Below are positions 17,583 to 27,887 of a stretch of DNA of 33,642 nucleotides, piece by piece. Every line of letters begins with the position of its first letter. Position 1 is the first letter of the stretch. Below the pieces are notes generated by a model that worked only from the letters and a program-made list of their open reading frames with translations, did not search any database and was not told the origin of the DNA. The stretch is from Eubacteriales bacterium (GTDB taxonomy: Bacteria; Bacillota; Clostridia; Oscillospirales; JAAYXM01). The translations under genes and the position numbers were made by a program. The stretch lies in NCBI GenBank assembly GCA_045629985.1, contig JAZQSI010000196.1, forward strand, positions 1 through 33,642, in the 5' to 3' direction.

Positions 17583-17611
17583 ATTATATCATATTACTTT
17601 CTCTATTGGAA
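17583..17611 (-). promoter_or_regulatory. Promoter of the zapA...mrdA operon
   Basis: TTCCAA-17 bp-TATAAT with TG extension on the minus strand. Confidence 0.6.
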
Positions 17612-17664
17612 CAGTTATTTTATAAAAGTTAACAACTTTTTTACTCGTTTCTTTCTTTATTATG

Positions 17665-17693
17665 TTGACCTCGATTTGATTTGGATATATAAT
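17665..17693 (+). promoter_or_regulatory. Promoter of the P-type ATPase-like/CYTH genes
   Basis: TTGACC-17 bp-TATAAT. Confidence 0.7.
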
Positions 17694-17727
17694 TTATTTA
17701 AGCTGATATATCCCTTTACTGGAGTTG

Positions 17728-19971
17728 ATGAAATTGTATCATAAATTGAGCATAGAAGAGACGCTTTCTGCTCTTGATGTTAATCCCGAAGACGGTCTTT
17801 CTTACGAAGAGGCCGCTTTTCGTCTTGTAAAAGATAATAAAACTACGAAAAAGCCGTCGTTCTTTAAGTTTGCCGCGAAAGGTTTTTCGCGACCGCACGT
17901 CTGGCTTCTTCTTGTTGCCGCGGCTCTCTCGCCGTTTCTCGGCGGAGGTCTTGTTTCGGCAGGGCTGATTCTCGCGGTAATAGTTGTCTGCACCATCTTC
18001 TCCGCAGAGTGCAAGAGACGCGGACTCAAAACCATCGAAGGCTCCGTCCGCACTTCCGTCACCCACGCGATTGTTCTCCGTGGCGGTGCGAAAATGAAAG
18101 TCCCCTCTGATGAGCTTGTCGTCGGTGATATTGTTTCGCTCAAACCCGGAAGAATCGTGCCTGCGGATTTGCGCCTTATTCGCACAGACTCTCTCGTGAT
18201 TGACGAAACCGCTCTCACGGGCGAAGGTAAACGCATGAAAGATGCGACCGTCACTGTTCCGATAAACACTCCGCCGGAGCGACGCGAGAACTGCGCTTTC
18301 GAGGGCACAGTTGTCCTTGAGGGCAGGGGAGACGGTGTTGTCGTTGCTACCGGTATGTCCACCGAAATGAGCAGGCTCTCCGTCCCGAGCGACACTCCTG
18401 CGCGCGATCCTGCGCCGGCGCTTTCGAGAATCAGGAAGCTTTCTTCGCGCCTTACGCTTATCGCAAGCCTCGTTTGCGTTGCAATATTCATAATCGGCCT
18501 TATCTACGGCGAGAAATTTATAAGCAGCGTTGCCATCTGCATCGCCCTCGCCGTTGCCGCAATCCCCGAGGGAATATACACGGCGTCTCTCACCGCTCTT
18601 GCAAAAGGAGCGTCGCGCCTTACGAGAAACGGCTATTCACTCCGCACAATAGATGCGGTTGAATCTCTCGGCGAAATTTCGGCATACATCACCGACATCC
18701 CCAAACTCGGCGTTGCCGCAACTTACACAAACGGCAGAATAAAAGCTCCTCACGAAGAAGACACCGTTCCGTTTATCGACGGACTTCTCCTTTGCGAGCT
18801 CGATAACCCGTCGCTCTCATCTTACGCATCAAATCTCTGCGAGCCCGAAGAAGTCCGCGCCGCTTTCCCGAAAATCGGTGAACTCTCGGGCGAGGTATAT
18901 ACAACTCTTCACAGAGCAGGAAAGACAACACTCTCCTATACGGGCGGCGACCCGTTTGAAATCCTCAAGCGTTCGGACCGCATATGGGAATTCGGAAGCA
19001 TCCGCTCCCTTACCGAAAGCGACCGTGATGAGATTTCCTCATGCATACGTAATTTCGAAGAGCAGGGGTTTTCCACCACCGCGCTTGCTATGCGTTCGGG
19101 AGACGAAGTCCCCTGTGACACGAATCTCGTTTTTGTCGGTATTGCCGCAACAAGTGCGGAGTGCGACCGCGCAGAAACTCCCGACACCGCCGCACTTTCA
19201 GAGCTTGGCGTTCGCACGTATCTCCTCACATCATCCGATGCCGCACGCGCAAGGCTTGGCGCAACCACACTTCGTATCCCCGAAAAAAACATTCTCTGCG
19301 GCAGGGATATTGAGCGCATGAGTGATATTGAGATTTGCTCAAACCTTTCGACCACTTTCGTCTTCGCAGGCCTCTCGCCGAAGGATAAAGTTCGTATAGT
19401 TCTCGCTCTTCAGAGCCTCGGTAACCGCGTTGCGGTACTCAGCTCATCACTTTCCGATTCTGCGCTTCTTGAAACTGCTGATGTCTCTCTCACATCCTCA
19501 CGAAGCGAGGACGCCGTCAAGGGCTCGTGCAACGTTATATACGACGGTGAAGTAAGTGCGGATCAAGCAATCCTTTTCGGAAAAATAACACGCGGCAGCA
19601 TTTCGCGCGTTATAACATATCTCACAGCCGCGAACCTCGCAGAGCTTCTTTGCGTAGGGCTCTCCGTCCTCTTCGGTTTCGGCTATCCCATGACTCCTTT
19701 TGAGATTCTCGCGATAAACCTCATTACCGATATTTTCCCCGCAATGCTTCTCGCGCTTTCGTCGCGCCACTTTATCCGCCATCGCAAGAATCTTATTCTG
19801 GCTCTCGGCGCAGTCATCGGTATTATTTCCGCCGCCGCAAGCGTGCTCTTCTCTCGTCTTTCAGTAACAGAGCCGTATTCGGGACTTCTCACGTGCGCGC
19901 TTCTCGTTTTTCTTGAGCTCGTGCTCGCTTGCCCGACATATTTTTCGGGAGGTAAGATAAATGCCCGCTGA
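17728..19971 (+). CDS. P2-type (Ca2+-like) ATPase homologue with degenerate catalytic motifs
   Basis: GLSYEEAAFRL, ELVVGDIV, VPADLRL, IDETALTGE, ALAVAAIPEG, SPKDK, INLITD present; DKTGT, TGD and GDGxND motifs are not intact. Start uncertain (17725, 17728 or 17734). Confidence 0.85.
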   Translation: MKLYHKLSIEETLSALDVNPEDGLSYEEAAFRLVKDNKTTKKPSFFKFAAKGFSRPHVWLLLVAAALSPFLGGGLVSAGLILAVIVVCTIFSAECKRRGLKTIEGSVRTSVTHAIVLRGGAKMKVPSDELVVGDIVSLKPGRIVPADLRLIRTDSLVIDETALTGEGKRMKDATVTVPINTPPERRENCAFEGTVVLEGRGDGVVVATGMSTEMSRLSVPSDTPARDPAPALSRIRKLSSRLTLIASLVCVAIFIIGLIYGEKFISSVAICIALAVAAIPEGIYTASLTALAKGASRLTRNGYSLRTIDAVESLGEISAYITDIPKLGVAATYTNGRIKAPHEEDTVPFIDGLLLCELDNPSLSSYASNLCEPEEVRAAFPKIGELSGEVYTTLHRAGKTTLSYTGGDPFEILKRSDRIWEFGSIRSLTESDRDEISSCIRNFEEQGFSTTALAMRSGDEVPCDTNLVFVGIAATSAECDRAETPDTAALSELGVRTYLLTSSDAARARLGATTLRIPEKNILCGRDIERMSDIEICSNLSTTFVFAGLSPKDKVRIVLALQSLGNRVAVLSSSLSDSALLETADVSLTSSRSEDAVKGSCNVIYDGEVSADQAILFGKITRGSISRVITYLTAANLAELLCVGLSVLFGFGYPMTPFEILAINLITDIFPAMLLALSSRHFIRHRKNLILALGAVIGIISAAASVLFSRLSVTEPYSGLLTCALLVFLELVLACPTYFSGGKINAR

Positions 19972-20554
19972 AACTGAACTCAAATACGCGCCGCCGGCCG
20001 ACTTTTTGGCAGAAGACCTCTTTTCGCTCCCCGAAATCGCACCGTATATAGGGGATATGGAAAAGTTTACAATGCAGACAGACTACCTCGACACTCCGTT
20101 TTCCGATGCGAAATCGCGCGGAATAACCCTCCGCCGCAGATACGAGAACGGAAAAAGCATTCTTTATGCAAAAACCTCGCGTCTGCGCTCAAATGAGCTC
20201 TCCATACGCGGCGAGTGGAGCGTTGAGTCGGGCGATATTACAAATGCCGCAAAGCTTCTTTATGACGTCGGCGCGCCGACGAGTGAGCTCGTGGGACTTC
20301 CGCTTGAAGTCTGCGGAAAAGTGACATTCACAAGATATGAAGCATACCTTACGCTTCCCGAGTTTTCCGCATCGCTTTCCTTTGACGAGGGGACTTTCGG
20401 TGAGAGTGTTCCGTTTTCTGAAATTGAGCTCGAGCTTGTCTCAGGAGACACGGAAGAGCTTCTCCGCTTCGGTCGTGAGCTTTCGATGAAGTACGCTTTC
20501 AAAGCAGAAACTGCTTCAAAATACGCACGCGCTATTCTCTATACAACAAAATAG
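19961..20554 (+). CDS. CYTH (triphosphate tunnel metalloenzyme) domain protein
   Basis: ETELKY (ExExK), YLDTP, TLRRRYE, RGEW, FTR, DEG, EIELEL, SKYARA. Confidence 0.9.
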   Translation: MPAETELKYAPPADFLAEDLFSLPEIAPYIGDMEKFTMQTDYLDTPFSDAKSRGITLRRRYENGKSILYAKTSRLRSNELSIRGEWSVESGDITNAAKLLYDVGAPTSELVGLPLEVCGKVTFTRYEAYLTLPEFSASLSFDEGTFGESVPFSEIELELVSGDTEELLRFGRELSMKYAFKAETASKYARAILYTTK

Positions 20555-20571
20555 AACTTTGTCGAATTTCC

Positions 20572-20600
20572 TTGACAAAGGTCGCAAAGTAAACTATAAT
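20572..20600 (+). promoter_or_regulatory. Consensus sigmaA promoter of the uracil permease
   Basis: TTGACA-17 bp-TATAAT. Confidence 0.85.
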
Positions 20601-20616
20601 AGCATACAGTAAACGA

Positions 20617-20706
20617 CCTTTAAAAACGGTACCGAGATGCCGACAAGGAAGAGAGTTTCAAGTGTGTCAGTTACGCCTTGCCGATATTTCGGTAGGGCGT
20701 TTTTTT
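20617..20706 (+). promoter_or_regulatory. PyrR-binding leader/attenuator
   Basis: CCTTTAA...CGGTACCGAGATGCCG...AAGG binding-loop pattern, then terminator ACGCCTTGCCGA/TCGGTAGGGCGT-TTTTTT, upstream of a uracil permease. Confidence 0.8.
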
Positions 20707-20742
20707 ATGGTCAAAATTAAAAAATGGAGGAGTAAAGACATT

Positions 20743-22107
20743 ATGAAATTGATTTTTGATGTCGAATCTAAACCCAAGTTTGGCCAGATGATAGTTTTTG
20801 CTATTCAGCAGCTTCTCGCTATCATGGCGGCTACAATCGCAGTTCCTGCCATCGTCGGCAACGGTATGAGCGCATCAGCTGCTCTCTTCGGCGCAGGTGT
20901 CGGAACAATCGTTTATCAGCTTTTCACTAAGTTCAAGAGCCCGGTTTTCCTTGGTTCGTCGTTCGCATTCATCGGTTCGATGTGTGCAGCATTTGCAGGC
21001 GCGGCTTCTGCATCTCTCGGCTTCCTCGGACTCATCATCGGTGCGCTCCTTGCAGGTCTTGTTTACGTTGTTATCGCTATCATCATCAAGCTTGTCGGCG
21101 TTAACTGGATCAACAAGCTCATGCCGCCGGTTGTTATCGGCCCGACCGTTGCTCTTATCGGTCTTTCTCTTGCAGGCGCTGCAATCAACGACGTATTCTC
21201 ATACGGTCCGGTTGACGGCAACGGTGCATTTATCATGACAGGAAACATCTGGGTATCTCTCATCTGTGCCCTTGTTACTTTCTTCGTCGTTGTTCTCTGC
21301 TCGGTTTACGGCAAGAAGATGGCTCGTCTCATCCCGTTCATCATCGGTATCCTCGCAGGCTATGTAGTTGCTCTCATCTTCACCATCATCGGCATCAAGA
21401 CAGGCAACGATATGCTCAAGGTCATCGACTTTGCTCCGTTTGCAGCTCTTGTTGAGGGTGGCGTTTCACTCAAGACATTCCTCTCTGTTCCGGACTTCAC
21501 ATTCGTAGAAGCAATCAAGGAATTCAAGAACCTTGACGCTTCTTACGTCGCAACTGTTGCAGTTGCTTACATCCCGGTTGCATTCGTTGTTTTCGCAGAG
21601 CACGTTGCTGACCATAAGAACCTCTCTTCAATCATCGAGCGTGACCTCCTCACAGAGCCGGGTCTCCACAGAACTCTCCTCGGCGACGGTGTCGGTTCTT
21701 TCGTTGGTGCGATCTTCGGCGGTTGCCCGAACACTACATACGGCGAAAGCGTTGGCTGTGTTGCTATCACAAAGAACGCATCTGTCGTAACAATCACAAC
21801 CACTGCTATCATCGCTCTTCTCATCGCATTCGTTTCCCCGTTCGTTGCATTCCTCGATTCTATCCCGGGTTGCATCATGGGCGGCGTTTGCATCACTCTC
21901 TACGGCTTCATCGCAGTATCAGGTCTTAAGATGATTCAGAAGGTTGACCTCGAGGACAATGCAAACCTCTTCACTGTTGCAGCTATCCTCATCCCGGGTA
22001 TCGGTGGCATGGCAATGTCTATCGGTAAGGTTACAATCACCGCTATTGCTTGCGCTCTTATCTTCGGTATCATCACAAACGTAGTTCTCTCAAAGAAGAA
22101 GAACTAA
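20743..22107 (+). CDS. uraA: NCS2-family uracil permease (UraA/PyrP)
   Basis: PVFLGSSFAFI, PPVVIGP, AEHVADH, GLHRTLLGDG, PNTTYGES, LYGFIAVSG. Start moved to ATG 20743 after RBS GGAGG, downstream of the attenuator. Confidence 0.9.
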   Translation: MKLIFDVESKPKFGQMIVFAIQQLLAIMAATIAVPAIVGNGMSASAALFGAGVGTIVYQLFTKFKSPVFLGSSFAFIGSMCAAFAGAASASLGFLGLIIGALLAGLVYVVIAIIIKLVGVNWINKLMPPVVIGPTVALIGLSLAGAAINDVFSYGPVDGNGAFIMTGNIWVSLICALVTFFVVVLCSVYGKKMARLIPFIIGILAGYVVALIFTIIGIKTGNDMLKVIDFAPFAALVEGGVSLKTFLSVPDFTFVEAIKEFKNLDASYVATVAVAYIPVAFVVFAEHVADHKNLSSIIERDLLTEPGLHRTLLGDGVGSFVGAIFGGCPNTTYGESVGCVAITKNASVVTITTTAIIALLIAFVSPFVAFLDSIPGCIMGGVCITLYGFIAVSGLKMIQKVDLEDNANLFTVAAILIPGIGGMAMSIGKVTITAIACALIFGIITNVVLSKKKN

Positions 22108-22123
22108 TCGCAAAATAAAACTC

Positions 22124-22158
22124 AAAGAGCAGGTTTCATTTTGAAACCTGCTCTTTTT
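22124..22158. terminator. Bidirectional terminator between uraA and the GNAT gene
   Basis: AAAGAGCAGGTTTCA/TGAAACCTGCTCTTT perfect stem between convergent genes. Confidence 0.85.
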
Positions 22159-22167
22159 ATACTCTTT

Positions 22168-22632
22168 TTACAATATTGTTTCCATATACGTCTTCTGTGG
22201 ACGCATTCCGAGCTTCTCATAGAAGCGTTCTGCCGACGGATTGCACGCCCAGACGTTGAGCGTTACGTTATAGCATCCGCTTTCCTTTGCAAACGAAAGC
22301 GCCGCCTCATAAAGCTCACGCCCGATGTGGCGACCGCGGAGAGCTTCGTCAACGCACAGATCGTCGATATAGAGCGTCTTTCTGTCGCATAGGACGGAGT
22401 TGTTTATGACTTCCTCGAATATACAGAAGCAATACCCCATAACCTCGTCCGCCTCATTGACGGATACGAGAATCGGGCGCCTCTTATCTGCAAGAAGTTC
22501 TTTTATCTCCTCTGCGTTGTATTTCTGCCCGATTTTAAAGATATCGGGTCTGCCATTGTGATGCACAAGGTCAACCTGCGAGAGCAGGTCTAAAATCTTT
22601 GCGATGTCCTTTTCTTTTGCAAAACGTATCAT
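22168..22632 (-). CDS. GNAT-family N-acetyltransferase
   Basis: IDDLCVDEALRGRHIGRELY, LNVWACNPSAERFYEKLGM. Confidence 0.92.
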   Translation of the reverse strand: MIRFAKEKDIAKILDLLSQVDLVHHNGRPDIFKIGQKYNAEEIKELLADKRRPILVSVNEADEVMGYCFCIFEEVINNSVLCDRKTLYIDDLCVDEALRGRHIGRELYEAALSFAKESGCYNVTLNVWACNPSAERFYEKLGMRPQKTYMETIL

Positions 22633-22645
22633 ATTTTTACCTCAT

Positions 22646-22677
22646 AAACCAAACGCCCGAGAAATCCTCGGGCATTT
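22646..22677 (-). terminator. Hairpin after dnaJ
   Basis: GCCCGAG/CTCGGGC stem followed by GTTTGGTTT on the minus strand. Confidence 0.5.
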
Positions 22678-22680
22678 GCT

Positions 22681-23826
22681 CTATTTTTTCTTCAGTTTTT
22701 CAAAAAAGCTCTTGCGTTCGGTGTACGATTCGTCTCCGACAGATTTTGCAAACTCATGCAAAATGTCTTTCTGCTTTTTGCTTAAATTCTTCGGAACTTC
22801 GATATTCACGCGCACGAGCTGGTCACCGCGCCGCGAGGAATTAAGCACGGGTACGCCCTTGCCGCGGAGACGGAATACCGTTCCCGTCTGCGTTCCCTCG
22901 GGGATAGAATACTTGACCTTACCGTCAAGCGTCGGAACTTCGATTTCAGCACCGAGAACTGCCTGAGTGAATGTAATCGGAACTTCGCAGTGGATGGTCG
23001 TGCCGTCGCGCATGAGGATGTGATGCGGGCGGATAGAAATCGTAACGAGAACGTCACCTGACGGGCCGCCGTTTGAGCCGGCATTTCCCTCGCCGCGAAG
23101 CGGAATGGTCTGTCCTTCATCAATTCCCGCAGGAACTTTGATGGAGAGCTTCTTTGAAACCCTCTCTTTTCCCGAACCGCCGCAGGATTTGCACGGGGTC
23201 TTTATAATCTTTCCCGAACCGCCGCACGTGGGACATACGCTTGAGCTTGAAATAACACCGAGCGGGGTGCGGCGCGTTGTCTTTACCGAACCCGCACCGT
23301 GGCAGGTGGAGCAGGTCTCGGCAGTTGTTCCTGCTTCTGCACCGCTTCCGCCACACTTCGAGCATTTATCCGTCTTTGTTATGTTGATTTCCTTTGTACA
23401 GCCGAACGCCGCCTCTTCAAACGAGAGAACGAGGTTTACGCGAAGGCTCTCGCCGCGCTGGGGAGCGTTTCTTCTCGATGCTCCGCCACCGCCAAAACCG
23501 CCGCCAAAGAACGAGCCGAAGATATCGCCGATATCAAAATCATCAAATCCGAAACCGCCGCCATATCCTCCATATCCGCCACCTGCGCCGAAGTTCGGGT
23601 CAACGCCCGCGTGACCGAACTGGTCGTACTTCTGACGCTTTGAGGAGTCGGAAAGGACTTCGTATGCTTCGTTGACTTCCTTGAACTTCTCTTCAGCTTC
23701 TTTATTGTCTTTATTAAGGTCGGGGTGGTACTTCTTTGCAAGCTTGCGGTAAGCCGACTTAAGCTCGGCATCAGTAGCTGTTTTCGCCACACCCAACACT
23801 TCATAGTAATCTCTTTTATCCGCCAT
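22681..23826 (-). CDS. dnaJ: Chaperone DnaJ
   Basis: J-domain with HPD, G/F-rich linker, four CxxCxGxG repeats. Confidence 0.98.
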   Translation of the reverse strand: MADKRDYYEVLGVAKTATDAELKSAYRKLAKKYHPDLNKDNKEAEEKFKEVNEAYEVLSDSSKRQKYDQFGHAGVDPNFGAGGGYGGYGGGFGFDDFDIGDIFGSFFGGGFGGGGASRRNAPQRGESLRVNLVLSFEEAAFGCTKEINITKTDKCSKCGGSGAEAGTTAETCSTCHGAGSVKTTRRTPLGVISSSSVCPTCGGSGKIIKTPCKSCGGSGKERVSKKLSIKVPAGIDEGQTIPLRGEGNAGSNGGPSGDVLVTISIRPHHILMRDGTTIHCEVPITFTQAVLGAEIEVPTLDGKVKYSIPEGTQTGTVFRLRGKGVPVLNSSRRGDQLVRVNIEVPKNLSKKQKDILHEFAKSVGDESYTERKSFFEKLKKK

Positions 23827-23861
23827 AGTTCATCTCCCTGTTCCTTGGGGGTTTCTATTTT

Positions 23862-24001
23862 TCGGGGATAGGAAAGACGCTTTGGAATGGGGAAACCGCA
23901 CCCGAAGTAGTACATATAGAGTACGTCGAGGGTGAGGTTTGCCCATAACAAAAGGCATTTTTCAATGCCTTTTGTGTTCCGGAGCGTTTTAACATTCCCG
24001 A
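23862..24001 (+). repeat. Structured dispersed repeat, copy B (dnaK-dnaJ intergenic)
   Basis: Same conserved loops and fold as 9394..9522 with different stem sequences. Confidence 0.8.
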
Positions 24002-25897
<1,896 letters not shown>

Positions 25898-26419
25898 CTA
25901 ATTTGCAACTTTTACGATTGCGGGGCGGATAACGCGCTCACCGAGCTTGAAGCCCTTCTGGAAAACTTCTGAAACCGTGTTTTCGCCGAATTCTTCGTTA
26001 TCCTCGTGCATTACCGCGCTGTGGAAGTTCGGGTCAAACGCCTCACCCTGCGGTGCAATCACTTCAACTTTGAGTTTTTCAAGAGTTGAGTTAAGCTCAG
26101 CGAAGATAAGCTCGACGCCCTTTTTGTAGTTTTCATCGGTCGAGGGAGTTGCTATCGCGCGCTCCATATTGTCATAAACTGCGAGGAATGCCGAAATCGT
26201 TGCCGCCGTAGCGTCACCGAAGAGCGCTTCTTTCTCGCGGGTAGTGCGCTTACGGAAGTTGTCATACTCTGCAGCGAGGCGAAGGTATTTATCGCGCTCC
26301 GCCGCGAGCTCCTCTTCCTTTTTTTCAAGTTCGGTTTTCTCGGGAGCTGCTTCTGCTTCCTTTTCCTCTGTCTCCGGAGTTTCAGGCGCAGTTTTTGCCT
26401 TTTTTTCTTTTTCTGCCAT
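25898..26419 (-). CDS. grpE: Nucleotide exchange factor GrpE
   Basis: RLAAEYDNFRKR, FDPNFHSAV, QKGFKLGERVIRPAIVKVA. Confidence 0.97.
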   Translation of the reverse strand: MAEKEKKAKTAPETPETEEKEAEAAPEKTELEKKEEELAAERDKYLRLAAEYDNFRKRTTREKEALFGDATAATISAFLAVYDNMERAIATPSTDENYKKGVELIFAELNSTLEKLKVEVIAPQGEAFDPNFHSAVMHEDNEEFGENTVSEVFQKGFKLGERVIRPAIVKVAN

Positions 26420-26434
26420 CTATTTTATACCTCC

Positions 26435-27490
26435 TCAGATGTCGTTAAAGAAAGAATCGCGAAGAAGCTTGTTAAAGCCTTCTATAAAATAGCTCAAGTT
26501 CGCCGCGACTTTTGCGTAATCCATTCGTCTCGGACCGACGATTCCTATAACGCCCTGCTTCTTTCCGCCAAGGTCATACTTGCCGTAAACGATTCCTGCG
26601 TCTTTTAAGACGTCATCGTCATTCTCCGTTCCTATCGAGAAGCGAATCTGTGCAGGGTTTTCCTCTTCCGCGAAATGCTCTTTCGTGTGGCGTATGATGC
26701 CTTCTTTATCCGTAAGATAAGAAAGAAGCTCCTGCGCCTTTTCGGGATCGCGGTATTCGGGGTGATTGAGGATTCTCGGAATGCCGTCGAGATAAACGTC
26801 TCCGCCCTGGTTTTCGTCAAGCACCTCGCCTGCAAAATCAGAAACCGCGCTCACAAGCTCGGAAAGCCTTCCCGCTTCGCTCACCAGCCTCTTTATAAGA
26901 GAAAGGGAAATCTCGTCGAGCGTTTTTCCCGTGAGCGTGTGGTTTAAAAGATGCACAACTGCCGCAAGCTCTGCTTCATCGGGCGAGAACGAAAGGCGAA
27001 TCCTCTTATTTCTTATAAGACCCGAGCTCGTTACTATAACCGCGATTGCCACGGTAGGCTCAATGAGGAAAACGTCAAACTTCTTGACCGTCTCCGAGGA
27101 GATTGTCGGCATAAGCGTATAAGTAGTATAATTCGTAAGCTGTGAAACGAGCCTTCCGAACTCGCGAAGCATTCTCTCAAGCTCGCGCATCTGCGTGTTG
27201 AGAGCGGTGTTTATCGCATCCGCCTCGCGTTGGGAGAGCGCGTAGTTCTGCATAAGCTCGTTTACATATAAGCGGTACCCTGCCGTTGACGGCACGCGAC
27301 CTGCGGAAACGTGCGGCTGTTCGAGGAAGCCGAGCTCCTCGAGCTCCGACATCTCGTTTCTGATGGTCGCAGGGGAGATATCAAGACGGCTTCGCGCCGC
27401 AATGATTTTCGAGCCTACCGGCTCTGCGTTTTCGATGTATTCATCAACAATGGCCTTGAGGATTCTCTTCTTTCTGTCGCTCAGGCTCAT
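26435..27490 (-). CDS. hrcA: Heat-inducible repressor HrcA
   Basis: EPVGSK, SPATIRNEM, QPHVSAGRVPS, GIVGPRRMDY. Confidence 0.97.
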   Translation of the reverse strand: MSLSDRKKRILKAIVDEYIENAEPVGSKIIAARSRLDISPATIRNEMSELEELGFLEQPHVSAGRVPSTAGYRLYVNELMQNYALSQREADAINTALNTQMRELERMLREFGRLVSQLTNYTTYTLMPTISSETVKKFDVFLIEPTVAIAVIVTSSGLIRNKRIRLSFSPDEAELAAVVHLLNHTLTGKTLDEISLSLIKRLVSEAGRLSELVSAVSDFAGEVLDENQGGDVYLDGIPRILNHPEYRDPEKAQELLSYLTDKEGIIRHTKEHFAEEENPAQIRFSIGTENDDDVLKDAGIVYGKYDLGGKKQGVIGIVGPRRMDYAKVAANLSYFIEGFNKLLRDSFFNDI

Positions 27491-27514
27491 CGCGGCACCT
27501 CCTTGAATTTCGTT

Positions 27515-27541
27515 TTAGCACTCACCACTCCCGAGTGCTAA
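27515..27541. promoter_or_regulatory. CIRCE operator (HrcA site)
   Basis: Perfect TTAGCACTC-N9-GAGTGCTAA just upstream of hrcA. Confidence 0.97.
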
Positions 27542-27546
27542 TTTAT

Positions 27547-27574
27547 ATTTTACTCATTTTTTCTTTCTTGTCAA
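27547..27574 (-). promoter_or_regulatory. sigmaA promoter of the hrcA operon
   Basis: TTGACA-16 bp-TAAAAT immediately upstream of CIRCE. Confidence 0.7.
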
Positions 27575-27720
27575 TACTTTTTTCTGAAAATGTAACATTT
27601 TATTAACAAGAAGCCGTTTTTCGGCGTTTTTTTATGTCAAAAAATAGTTTTTATAAAAAATCGGTTGTGCCAAAATTTACCTCGGTTTTAGCACTCGCGA
27701 CGCCGATTTGTCAACTCTGA

Positions 27721-27737
27721 TGCATCGGTCGTGCCAA
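27721..27737 (-). promoter_or_regulatory. Candidate sigma54 (-24/-12) promoter facing hrcA
   Basis: Minus strand TTGGCACGACCGATGCA: GG-N10-GC, one mismatch to YTGGCACGRNNNTTGCW. Confidence 0.4.
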
Positions 27738-27794
27738 ATTCAGGGTCGGTCAAGGCAGATTTTGTGCAAACTTTGCGTTTTTCGGAGTTGAGAC

Positions 27795-27825
27795 AAAAAC
27801 AGAGCAAGGGAAATCCCTTGCTCTG
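27795..27825 (-). terminator. Terminator of the XRE-membrane gene
   Basis: CAGAGCAAGGG/CCCTTGCTCTG stem followed by TTTTT on the minus strand. Confidence 0.8.
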
Positions 27826-27887
27826 CAGGTGTGTGAAAGAAAGCGTTTAAACCTTTGCTATTTCTTTGCTCCCTCGGTCTGTGTTTA

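Noticed and set aside
17503-17724. 6S RNA or other ncRNA next to zapA
   Set aside because: AT-rich spacer accounted for by two divergent promoters; no long rod-like pairing seen.
17802-18491. 229-aa antisense ORF (also 1987..2871, 10163..10888, 15334..15945, 30415..31209 and similar)
   Set aside because: Shadow ORFs opposite well-supported genes, with no recognisable motifs.
20662-20742. N-terminal extension of uraA from GTG 20662
   Set aside because: It runs through the attenuator terminator; the RBS supports ATG 20743.
23436-23951. 171-aa ORF overlapping the dnaJ start
   Set aside because: Alternative frame starting inside repeat copy B; no family features.
27661-27677. Second sigma54 promoter at the other TGGCAC
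   Set aside because: It lacks the -12 GC (reads ATTT at that position).
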